Sequence record: OR805295.1
DNA length: 64,000 nt
Reading direction: 5' to 3' (one strand)
This document shows, piece after piece, positions 9,017 to 18,201 of this stretch (position 1 is the stretch's first letter; every line of letters begins with the position of its first letter). The notes beneath the pieces are model-generated. The model was given only the letters and a program-made list of their open reading frames with translations. It ran no database searches and was not told the DNA's origin. The position numbers and the translations under genes were made by a program.

Positions 9017-10844
9017 ATTATGCGAAACAGATCGTATTAATATTATCAAATTACACTTCGATGATTTAAAATCTGTATCTGAATTAAAGAAAATATATGG
9101 AGTCTCTTATGATGTCATTAAAACCATCATAAGAGATGAAACGAATCGTCTGCCGTTGCAAGAAACTGATATAAAAATTTTGAAATTTAAAAAACTTGTT
9201 TCAAAGGAGTTGTTATTTGAATTACATGTAATTAAAAAACAATCATTTAATGAAATAAGAAAAACTTATAAGATTAATGAACTTCATTTAAAACAAGTGT
9301 TTAATGATTATGGAATACCAATTGAAAAGTGTTTATATACTGCTACTAACAAGAAGCGTAAAACAAAAAAGCCTGAAGATTTTACTAAAGACTTTTTCGA
9401 ACACTTAGTATATAACGAAAGACGAACAATTAGTTGGATAAAAAATAATTATAACTTTAATTTTGAAGAACTAAAACATCATTTAACACATTTAAAAATC
9501 GATTATACTAATTCGTTGCCACCTGCTGTAAAACATCAACAAGATAAAATATCTAGAGAAACTCTAGCAGAAGAATTAAAAATTAAATCTATTGTTGATA
9601 TAATAAATGAATACGGAATTTCTAGAACTTATGTAGAAAGCGTTATAAAAGAATACAATATACAGTATTTTACAAAACCGAAACATTCTATATTAAGTGG
9701 TAAAGAATCAGAAATTTACCGGATGTATTATGATGAATGTATGACTACATACCAAATAGCAGAAAATTTAGGAGTATGTCAATACACCATATGGAAAATA
9801 ATGGCAGATAACGGATGGAAAACACGAGAACCGATTAAAAAAATTGATTTGATTTGGAATGATATAAAAGAAGAAGTTGTTAAATTAATAGACAACGGTT
9901 ATACATTAGCTGCTTTATGTGAAAAATACGAAATAACATCTATTACTGAAAAGTTAATAGAAGAAGGTATAAAATATACAAAGGGAAATATTTCTTCTGG
10001 TCATGCAGAAATATCTGAATATGTGCGTTCATTGGGATTTAATGTAATCGACAATGATCGTACTATTATATTTCCGCGAGAAATTGATATTTTTATTCCC
10101 GAACTTAACATAGGAATAGAATACAACGGATTATATTTTCATAGCACACGAACAGAAGGAAATGTAACAAAGCATAGAGAAAAATATAGCATATGTAAAC
10201 AAAAAGGTATTCGTTTAATACAAATTTTTGAAGATGAATTTATTCATAAGAAAGAACTAGTAAAGAGAAAATTAGCGCACATTTTAGGAAAATCTAATAA
10301 TAAATGTTATGCAAGGAATTGTATAGTTAAAGAAATATCGGTAGCAGACAAACGAAATTTCTTTAAAAAATATCACATACAAGAAGATTCTGCATCCTCG
10401 TATGCATATGGATTATATTATGATAATGAATTAGTTTGTGCTATGTCTTTTCTTAAAAAGAAGAAATGTACAGAACTAGTTAGATATGCATCTTCTATGC
10501 ACGTGGTCGGCGGATTTTCTAAGTTGTTGAAATATTGCATTAATAATAACAAAATAGATGTTATAAACACATATGCTGATCTCAGATGGTCGAATCCGAC
10601 AAATAATGTATATGTAAACAATGGGTTTGATATACTGTATGAGACTGATTTTAATTACACTTATGTGAGTAAAGAGGATTTTTCAAAAAGGCTTAATAGG
10701 CAAAAATTTATGAAACACAAGTTGAAAAACATTTTATCAGATTTCGATAAATCATTAACAGAAGAAGAGAATATGAAAAATAATGGATTTTATCGAGTAT
10801 ACGATGCTGGCCATTTAAAATTGCAATATAAGGTTAATAAATGA
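9009..10844 (+). mobile_element. Putative homing endonuclease (Hef-like, PD-(D/E)xK) with multiple N-terminal HTH-like repeats
   Basis: EIDIFIPELNIGIEYNGLYFHS...LIQIFEDEF, then a YARNC...HIQ...VRYAS...GGFSKLL...YDAG module. Confidence 0.7.
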
Positions 10845-11041
10845 TTACAGATGTTGAAGCAATAAATGAAATTTGGGCTGCCGTGCGACCATATATTAAG
10901 TCATCTGAGCGCATTCATGCAGCGGATGCGTTTATAGAAGTTTTAGATGAATACGGAATGCTCGATGTAGATATTCAAATGTTTGAAAAAGAACTTAAAA
11001 TAGCAGCAAAAACACATTTAGGTGAAGCAGATGACGACTAA
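10841..11041 (+). CDS. Hypothetical protein
   Basis: 66-aa ORF overlapping its neighbours in operon fashion. Confidence 0.6.
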   Translation: MITDVEAINEIWAAVRPYIKSSERIHAADAFIEVLDEYGMLDVDIQMFEKELKIAAKTHLGEADDD

Positions 11042-11357
11042 TTTAGAATTTAGTGACGAATTTCTATCAACTGTATCGTCGTTGAAAGCCAATATAGCAT
11101 CCAAAAATAAAGATGCTGTCATAGAACAATTAGACAAATTGTTAGATATGGTAACAAAAGATATGAATGCGGTTATATGGGTAATACAACCTGAAAATAT
11201 TAATAACCTACATATACTATGTTCCGATTCATTTAATATTCCTATTAGTCAATTTAGACTAAAACGAAGAATACCGTCAAAATCTCAACGAGCTCATTTA
11301 TTTTTAAAAGTAATTAGGATTGCACTTGCTGGAAAAGAAAATGAACAATTGGTATAA
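11022..11357 (+). CDS. Hypothetical protein
   Basis: 111-aa ORF filling the gap before uvsY. Confidence 0.5.
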   Translation: MKQMTTNLEFSDEFLSTVSSLKANIASKNKDAVIEQLDKLLDMVTKDMNAVIWVIQPENINNLHILCSDSFNIPISQFRLKRRIPSKSQRAHLFLKVIRIALAGKENEQLV

Positions 11358-11805
11358 CATTGTCTATGCAGATTTATCTAAGATACCCGATTTCATTTCT
11401 TTTTTCGAAAAGGAAATAGATATTTCTAAGTCTACAGAAATGTCTTTAAAGGGTAAAACGTTAGAGAAACATTGCGCAGAGTTGCCGGGTATAGTAGAGA
11501 ATAGATTTGCACAGCTTCAAGAAATTGAAGCTGTACTAGAATTACTTAATATTCAGTATAAACAAGAAAAAAGCGACAGATTCAAATTTTATCTACAGCA
11601 GTTTCCTAAAGCACTTTCTTCTAGGGATGCAGAGAAATATGCAGAAGGAGATCCACTTGTAGTAAACAGGGCAATATTAGTTAATGAAGTTGCATTGCTA
11701 AGAAACAAATATCTTTCGCTAATGAAGGGTTTAGATTCTAAGAATTGGATGGTAGGCCACATAGTTAAACTTCGTTGTGCAGGACTAGACGACGCACAAA
11801 TTTAA
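11341..11805 (+). CDS. uvsY: Recombination mediator (UvsY-like)
   Basis: Helical protein with ALSSRDAEKYAEG...KGLDSKNWMVGHIVKLRCAGL, between uvsX and uvsW. ATG at 11341 preferred. Confidence 0.7.
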   Translation: MNNWYNIVYADLSKIPDFISFFEKEIDISKSTEMSLKGKTLEKHCAELPGIVENRFAQLQEIEAVLELLNIQYKQEKSDRFKFYLQQFPKALSSRDAEKYAEGDPLVVNRAILVNEVALLRNKYLSLMKGLDSKNWMVGHIVKLRCAGLDDAQI

Positions 11806-11817
11806 ATAGGATTCGTA

Positions 11818-13269
11818 ATGGCAAAGGATTGCAAATTAGTAATAAAAGATGAAGTAAATATTGCATTTACTGGACTTGATATAAACACTCGTAGAAAACT
11901 ATCTGATTCGTTAAAATTCTTTTTACCTCATGCAAGACACCAACCTGCATACAAGTTAGGTAGATGGGATGGATGTATTAGATATTGTGATATAGCCGGA
12001 CGTTCGTATCTTAATTTTTTAGATATACTTATTCCTATTGTAGAAAATAGTGGTTATTATATAACCATAGAAGATAATAGACAACCGTTTTCGTGTAATT
12101 TTGAACCAATAGATGCTAACTCATATTCTCATATTACTTGGCCTGTAGGACATCAATATGAAGGGCAGAATATTGTTCTACGGGATTATCAAGTAGAGGC
12201 AGTGAATAATTACTTAGCTAATACACAGAGTATAGCAACATTGCCTACTGGTTTTGGAAAAACATTAGTTACTGCTGCATTAGCACATAAAGTAGAAAAG
12301 TATGGAAGAACAATAACAATTGTTCCATCCAAAGACTTAGTTACCCAAACGGAACGGGATTTTAAAAACTTCGGATTAGATACTGGCGTTTATTTCGGAG
12401 ATAGAAAAGAATTAGGCAAAACCCACACTATAGTTACCTGGCAAAGTATTGAAGCTATTTATAAACAAAGTAAAGCAGACGAAAATGCATTGACATTAGA
12501 AGAATTCATTGAAGGGGTAGTAGCAGTAGTAGTCGATGAAGCACATACCATTAAGGGTCAATCATTAAAAGAACATTTAACTTCTACATTTGCTAATGTT
12601 CCTATTCGATGGGCTATGACAGGAACCATACCGGAAGAGGAACATGCCGCCGCCGCCCTCATTGCATGCATAGGTCCTGTTACAAAAACTGTGAAAGCAA
12701 AAGAATTGCAAGAAGCAGGAATACTTAGTGAGTTGCATATAGAAGTCCTACAATTAAACGATTATCATACTTCACATCCGAACTATGCAGCCGAATTAAA
12801 ATTTCTTACTACAGACCCTACTCGTTTAAAATGGCTAGCCGAACATATAAAATCTCAAGAAGGTAATACGTTAGTGTTAGTTGATAGGCTGTCAAGCGGA
12901 GAAGAACTTCTTAAGCATATACCAGATGCTGCTTTTGTTAAAGGTGATTTAAAAAGTAAAGACAGAAGAACTGAATATAAATCAGTTACATCAGATACAG
13001 ATAAAATTATTATAGCAACCTTTGGGGTTGCATCTACTGGTATTGATATACCATACATACATAATGTATATTTATTAGAACCAGGAAAGTCTTTTATTAG
13101 GGTAATTCAGTCTATCGGTCGCGGTCTACGCAAGGCACCCGGAAAAGACTATGTATCTGTATTTGATATTACTTCTGTTGCAAAATATTCTGCAAGGCAT
13201 TTAACTAAAAGGAAAAAATTCTATAAAGAAGCAGAATATCCATTTTCTGTGAAAAAAATAGATTATTAA
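11818..13269 (+). CDS. uvsW: SF2 DNA helicase (UvsW-like)
   Basis: LRDYQ, PTGFGKT, VDEAH, TGT and QSIGRGLR motifs. Confidence 0.93.
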   Translation: MAKDCKLVIKDEVNIAFTGLDINTRRKLSDSLKFFLPHARHQPAYKLGRWDGCIRYCDIAGRSYLNFLDILIPIVENSGYYITIEDNRQPFSCNFEPIDANSYSHITWPVGHQYEGQNIVLRDYQVEAVNNYLANTQSIATLPTGFGKTLVTAALAHKVEKYGRTITIVPSKDLVTQTERDFKNFGLDTGVYFGDRKELGKTHTIVTWQSIEAIYKQSKADENALTLEEFIEGVVAVVVDEAHTIKGQSLKEHLTSTFANVPIRWAMTGTIPEEEHAAAALIACIGPVTKTVKAKELQEAGILSELHIEVLQLNDYHTSHPNYAAELKFLTTDPTRLKWLAEHIKSQEGNTLVLVDRLSSGEELLKHIPDAAFVKGDLKSKDRRTEYKSVTSDTDKIIIATFGVASTGIDIPYIHNVYLLEPGKSFIRVIQSIGRGLRKAPGKDYVSVFDITSVAKYSARHLTKRKKFYKEAEYPFSVKKIDY

Positions 13270-13270
13270 T

Positions 13271-13522
13271 ATGAATTTTTATCAAGACGGAATTTATATA
13301 AAATTAGATGCAGATTTAAATGAACAATCGAACTTATTTAAATTAAAATCAGAATTATATGTACATTCGTATCCTACCCCTGATTTTTATAGATATATAA
13401 AAAATGGTAAAACCATGTTAGGGGTAGTATATGTCGGTTCATTAGAAACTGTATTTCTTAATATTATTAGCGGAGACTTTGACAAAGAAAAATTTTGTGC
13501 TATAATAGAAAAATACAAATAA
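13271..13522 (+). CDS. Hypothetical protein
   Basis: 83-aa ORF abutting uvsW. Confidence 0.55.
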   Translation: MNFYQDGIYIKLDADLNEQSNLFKLKSELYVHSYPTPDFYRYIKNGKTMLGVVYVGSLETVFLNIISGDFDKEKFCAIIEKYK

Positions 13523-13532
13523 AGGTGTAATT

Positions 13533-14036
13533 TTGAAAATTTTATTAACCGAAAATGAATCATACGAATTAGATAGAGTCCCGGACGACATAGAGGATAT
13601 ACGGTATTGTATATTAGATTGTAATGATAAATCTAATGTAGATTTTTACTTTTTGCCTCTTATATTTTTAGAAAGTTTTTATTCTCCCGCAGTTGTACTC
13701 AAGATAGGAAAGTACAGTATACAAATGCCCTTAGATTGGTCTATACTAGTATGCGACGAAGAATATTCTGATTTGGAAGTAGTACCACTTACTAGTCTAA
13801 ATGACAGGGGGTTTCATACAATAGTATTTAATCCACTAAAACACATGGTGCCTGTTCCTTCTGAAATAACAATAACTAGTGTATTTACTGAAGTAAAGTG
13901 GTATTTCCCTAAATTAAAAAGTGGTGCTGTCCTAGTTATTCCTTTAGAAGACGGACCTAATCCGAATTGTGCATTGTTTGTAAAAGAAGGGAATAAAATT
14001 CCTGATCCTATAGATATCGCAGAGTTATTTAAATAA
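13533..14036 (+). CDS. Conserved hypothetical protein
   Basis: TTG start with AAGGTG SD; FLPLIFLESFYSP...QMPLDWS...WYFPKLK. Confidence 0.7.
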   Translation: MKILLTENESYELDRVPDDIEDIRYCILDCNDKSNVDFYFLPLIFLESFYSPAVVLKIGKYSIQMPLDWSILVCDEEYSDLEVVPLTSLNDRGFHTIVFNPLKHMVPVPSEITITSVFTEVKWYFPKLKSGAVLVIPLEDGPNPNCALFVKEGNKIPDPIDIAELFK

Positions 14037-14503
14037 TGGCAGAAGAAAGCATTTTACCGCTTTGGATGGAATTGCAAGCATTAGATTATAATGATAGAGA
14101 TTTTTATGACAAGTTAACCGATGAACAGAAGAAAGTATTTTCATCGTGGATTATAATGAGATATTCTAGTAATATAATCGGTGATAATGCAGATTGGGGT
14201 CTTATAATGACCAATGATATTGTAAATGTGGATTTTTCATTAATGTACAAGCATCCTAAACTGCAATGGATGCTATTGTCGTTGTGTGGAACTGGAAGAA
14301 AAGAACAACGTAAATGGATTGCCCCAAATAAAAAGAAAAAAAAGAATCCGAGGAAAGAATTTATTTTTAAAATTCATCCAAACGCAAAAGATGATGAAAT
14401 CGATATGCTTGCAGATTTGTACACTGATGCAGAATTAAAGGATATTATGTTATCCTACGGTTATGAAGATAAAGAAATAAAAGATATTTTAAAGAAGAAA
14501 TAA
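14036..14503 (+). CDS. Probable clamp-loader small subunit (gp62-like)
   Basis: FYDKLTDEQKK...WIIMRYSS...KHPKLQWMLL...KWIAP resembles the gp62 family; gp44 is at 60009. Confidence 0.55.
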   Translation: MAEESILPLWMELQALDYNDRDFYDKLTDEQKKVFSSWIIMRYSSNIIGDNADWGLIMTNDIVNVDFSLMYKHPKLQWMLLSLCGTGRKEQRKWIAPNKKKKKNPRKEFIFKIHPNAKDDEIDMLADLYTDAELKDIMLSYGYEDKEIKDILKKK

Positions 14504-14516
14504 TTCTAGTAAGTAT

Positions 14517-15224
14517 ATGCAAGCATCTAAGAAAAATAAAAAGGCAACATCGATGGCAAAGTGCGAGTTTTGTAGTAAAGAATTTAAGTCAGAACGAACA
14601 ATAGCTGCTCATTTGTGTGTTAAAAAGAAGAGGTTTGCAGAAAAAGACACAGTCGGGTCTAGACTGGGATTTAGGGTATTTCAGCGATTCTACGAACTAA
14701 CTACTTCTTCTAAAACACCTAAATCTTTTAGAGAATTTATTGATAGTAAATTTTATATAGATTTTGTTAAATTTGGAAGACACCTAATAGATATTAATCC
14801 TATTAACACAGATGAATACATAGATTTCATAATAAAGAACGCTATACCGCTGTCTGATTGGAAAAAAGACTATGTATATGTAAGATATCTTAAAGAATAT
14901 ACTCAGAAAGAACCTGCACAAAAAGCACTAGAACGAACTATAATCGAGATGGGTACTTGGTGTACTGAAAATAATGTAGATATTGTAGATTTTTTTGAAA
15001 AAGTTAATACAGTAGAGGCAGTATATCTTATTAAATCAGGAAAGCTTAGTCCGTGGGTGTTATATCTGGCATCTTCTTCTGATAAATTGTGGGTTAGAAT
15101 AAATGAAGAACAAGAAAAATTTATTCAAACTGCTGTAGATTTTGACTGGTGGCAAAAGAAATTTATTGCAAATAAGGATGATGTTGACTTTATAGTGTCT
15201 GTATTGACAGAGGCTAAGTTGTAA
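14517..15224 (+). CDS. Conserved protein with an N-terminal C2H2/C2HC-type zinc finger
   Basis: CEFCSKEFKSERTIAAHLC. Confidence 0.65.
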   Translation: MQASKKNKKATSMAKCEFCSKEFKSERTIAAHLCVKKKRFAEKDTVGSRLGFRVFQRFYELTTSSKTPKSFREFIDSKFYIDFVKFGRHLIDINPINTDEYIDFIIKNAIPLSDWKKDYVYVRYLKEYTQKEPAQKALERTIIEMGTWCTENNVDIVDFFEKVNTVEAVYLIKSGKLSPWVLYLASSSDKLWVRINEEQEKFIQTAVDFDWWQKKFIANKDDVDFIVSVLTEAKL

Positions 15225-15225
15225 T

Positions 15226-15828
15226 ATGGCAAAAGTAGTTACTGATGTTGATATTGACGTAGCAGATAGGTTAACAGTTTTGTCTGGACTACAACATATA
15301 TCTGCTAAATTAGACGGAGTAGGAAAGAAACATTTATCTGGTGTATATTTTCAACCCATTCCGTTTGATCCGGAACAAAACATGAGCAACATAGATTATA
15401 AAGTTGCAGAAGAATTAGGCTACATGAAGATTGATCTTCTTAACGTGAGTATATACGAACAAGTTAGATCAGAGGAACATCTAAAGAAATTAATAGATAA
15501 AGAACCCAACTGGTCTTATTTTGAACATAAACAGATAGTTCAAAATTTATTTCATTTAGGAAATTATGCTGATCTAGCAGTAGGAATGAAACCGAAAAGT
15601 GTAGAACAGTTAGCAATGTTGCTGGCTGTTATACGTCCGAGTAAGTATCATTTACAATATAAACCTTGGGATATTATTGCCAAAACTGTGTGGGATAAGC
15701 CCAGCGACGGGTCATATCATTTTAAAAAAGCACATGCCATTAGTTATGCACTTGCAATTGTTGTTCAGTTGAATTTATTAGAAGAAGAAGCAGAACAAGA
15801 ACCCGATCCATTTAAGTTATTTTCCTGA
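15226..15828 (+). CDS. dnaE: Miniature DNA polymerase III alpha (family C), C-terminal catalytic half
   Basis: In 200 aa: TDVDID (PDxDxD), KHLSGVY (HAxGV), KIDLL (KxDxL), LAVIRP (LxRPG), HFKKAHAISYA (FNKSHxxxY). Confidence 0.85.
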   Translation: MAKVVTDVDIDVADRLTVLSGLQHISAKLDGVGKKHLSGVYFQPIPFDPEQNMSNIDYKVAEELGYMKIDLLNVSIYEQVRSEEHLKKLIDKEPNWSYFEHKQIVQNLFHLGNYADLAVGMKPKSVEQLAMLLAVIRPSKYHLQYKPWDIIAKTVWDKPSDGSYHFKKAHAISYALAIVVQLNLLEEEAEQEPDPFKLFS

Positions 15829-16210
15829 TTAAAGATACTTGTCGTCTTTTTATTCTCTTTTTGAGCATATTGTTAAGAGAAGTACATGGTCCGAAAACTA
15901 TTTTTATATCTTTGTTTACTAGGGTTTTTAGGCAATATCTAAATTCTGCCATTTCGTTTGGCATGAATATATTTATTGGTAATATCCTAGAAGATTCCCA
16001 CCACCAACAGTCACCGCATTGAAGAAATATATCTTTGTGTTGACTGTTTTTTAATGATTTAAAATCATAAAAACTTATATATTTGTCATCCGAATTTTGA
16101 ATAATTCCTATATAGAAATTTTCTAAGTGTTGTATGCCACTCAAAAATGGAAATTTTTCAGATAATTCTGCTAACTCTTGATCTATTGTATTATTATTTG
16201 TGTTGTCCAT
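15812..16210 (-). CDS. Conserved hypothetical protein
   Basis: 132-aa minus-strand ORF (KFPFLS...WWWESSRILPINIF) with AATAAATA upstream on the minus strand (16230-37). Confidence 0.7.
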   Translation of the reverse strand: MDNTNNNTIDQELAELSEKFPFLSGIQHLENFYIGIIQNSDDKYISFYDFKSLKNSQHKDIFLQCGDCWWWESSRILPINIFMPNEMAEFRYCLKTLVNKDIKIVFGPCTSLNNMLKKRIKRRQVSLIRKIT

Positions 16211-16229
16211 GATTTTCTTCTCTCTTTAT

Positions 16230-16267
16230 TATTTATTCCTTTAACACTAACCGTTTTAATATAAATA
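16230..16267. promoter_or_regulatory. Divergent pair of T4-type late promoters
   Basis: AATAAATA on the - strand (16237-16230) and TATAAATA on the + strand (16260-16267). Confidence 0.6.
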
Positions 16268-16272
16268 CGTGT

Positions 16273-17142
16273 ATGACATTCCATACATTATATAAATATG
16301 ATAATTTTGTAGAACTGTTATATGATAACGGTATACTTTCTTGCAATTGTAAATTATTGGATAATAGACCTATGCATTCACAAACAATAAAACTATACAA
16401 AGGTGTAGATAATCAAGTAAAATTTAGGGTTTATAATCCTGATAGACGATTAGTAAACATTCATGGACTTTCTGTGTTTGCTAGTTTAATTAATACAGAA
16501 AATAAAGAACGAGTGCTAGTAAAACAGTGTGATATATATGAGCAGTCTCCTGGAATTTTTATATTGTCTATATTAGAAGGAGATCTAATAAATGTGCCTA
16601 ATGGATATTACACTTTGAGTATAATAGGACAAGAAGAATTTATTCCCGGCATATCTAATATAGACGGACTCCCTGTAATTAGTACGCCGTTTTATACAAA
16701 TACATCATCTGATATACAACTGTATGCAGAAGTTAGAGATAGTTTAGAAAAGGCGCCCATAGACACTATAGTTGCTACTGAATGGCGAAAAGTAATAAAC
16801 ACTGATTATACTTTTAATTATTACAATGCAGGTCCATTTCCATCTAATAGAGTAAAAAATTATAGATCAGGTGTGCATACTATTGCAATATATGCAGAAA
16901 ATTTCACAGGTAAATTTGAAGTATATGGTACATTAGACCAAATTCCTTCGCTAGAAGATGAATTTAGTTCTTGGTTTCCGATTAATTTAAGATCTATGTT
17001 TGATTATATTCAATTTAATAATTTCACCGGAATAATGCCATATACTTTTCAAGCAAATGTTCTTTGGTTAAAATTCCGTTGGTATCCGGATTCGACAATC
17101 CCAAACAATGGAGAAATTTCTAAAGTAATGTTAAGAAGTTAA
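16273..17142 (+). CDS. Hypothetical protein, probably late/virion
   Basis: 289 aa, beta-rich, directly after TATAAATA. Confidence 0.65.
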   Translation: MTFHTLYKYDNFVELLYDNGILSCNCKLLDNRPMHSQTIKLYKGVDNQVKFRVYNPDRRLVNIHGLSVFASLINTENKERVLVKQCDIYEQSPGIFILSILEGDLINVPNGYYTLSIIGQEEFIPGISNIDGLPVISTPFYTNTSSDIQLYAEVRDSLEKAPIDTIVATEWRKVINTDYTFNYYNAGPFPSNRVKNYRSGVHTIAIYAENFTGKFEVYGTLDQIPSLEDEFSSWFPINLRSMFDYIQFNNFTGIMPYTFQANVLWLKFRWYPDSTIPNNGEISKVMLRS

Positions 17143-17171
17143 TTGACAACGAAAAACGTGCATGCTATAAT
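17143..17171 (+). promoter_or_regulatory. Consensus sigma70 promoter for primase-helicase
   Basis: TTGACA, 17 bp, TATAAT. Confidence 0.9.
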
Positions 17172-17177
17172 GTGCGC

Positions 17178-18200
17178 GTGATTAGCGAACTTTTAAAACA
17201 AGAAATAACTTCTAGACTTCCGTATTTAAAGCCAGGAAACAAAGGATGGTTAGTTTGTAATTGTCCTTTGTGTGTCGCTATGGGTACAACTGCTGATAAG
17301 CGAAAACGGTTCGGTGTTATGTTTGAATCGGATGGAACAATAGGGGTCCATTGCTTTAACTGTACATTTGTAACAAAATGGACTCCGGGGGCTCTGATAG
17401 GAGAGAAAATAGAGTTCCTTCTACGACATATAGGTACATCCGATGATGATATTCGTAAACTTAAATTCCAGGCATTTAGAGAGAAAGAAGCAGGAGACAT
17501 ATTTAAAACTCCCGAACTAGAATTAAGTATTAAAACTAATTGGACTACTACTAGTCTTCCTAAAAATTCTAAACCTATATTAGAATGGTTAGAAATATCT
17601 CCTAATGATCCCAATCTTCTTAAATGTGCAATGTATGCCTTATCTAGAGGATTTCCGGATATGTCTAATATATACTGGTCACCCTCTCAGAAATTTTTAT
17701 GGAATAAACGAATAATACTTCCGTTCACATATAATGGAAAAGTTGTAGGATATTGCGGAAGATATTTTGAAGAACAACCAAATGAATTAGAAATAAGAAG
17801 ATATGAAAATAGATTCCCCGAACATTTTGTGTATGGGTTAGATTCCCAAAGATCCTACAATAGAAAATATGTTATACTAACGGAAGGAGTAATAGATGCT
17901 ATAATGGTAGATGGAGTATCTACCATGGGTTCTGTAAGTAAACATCAAGCAAATATAATAAACTCGCTAGGCAAAGAAATAATAGTATTGCCTGATTTTG
18001 ATAGTAACGGCAGTCATTTAGTAGATTCTGCTTTAGAATATAACTGGTATGTATCATTTCCTAATTGGGATAATAATATAAAAGATGCTAGTGAAGCATC
18101 CCAAAAATATGGAAGATTACTTACAGTTCAGAGTATTATATACGGTATCGAACGGAATTCTACTGCCATACGAATTAAAAGAAAAATAAAAGGAATATAG
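17178..18200 (+). CDS. DNA primase (T4 gp61/DnaG-like)
   Basis: Zn ribbon CPLC...HCFNC, TOPRIM TEGVIDA...PDFDSNG, KDA. GTG at 17178 preferred over 17172, which abuts the -10 box. Confidence 0.9.
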   Translation: MISELLKQEITSRLPYLKPGNKGWLVCNCPLCVAMGTTADKRKRFGVMFESDGTIGVHCFNCTFVTKWTPGALIGEKIEFLLRHIGTSDDDIRKLKFQAFREKEAGDIFKTPELELSIKTNWTTTSLPKNSKPILEWLEISPNDPNLLKCAMYALSRGFPDMSNIYWSPSQKFLWNKRIILPFTYNGKVVGYCGRYFEEQPNELEIRRYENRFPEHFVYGLDSQRSYNRKYVILTEGVIDAIMVDGVSTMGSVSKHQANIINSLGKEIIVLPDFDSNGSHLVDSALEYNWYVSFPNWDNNIKDASEASQKYGRLLTVQSIIYGIERNSTAIRIKRKIKGI

Positions 18201-18201
18201 T

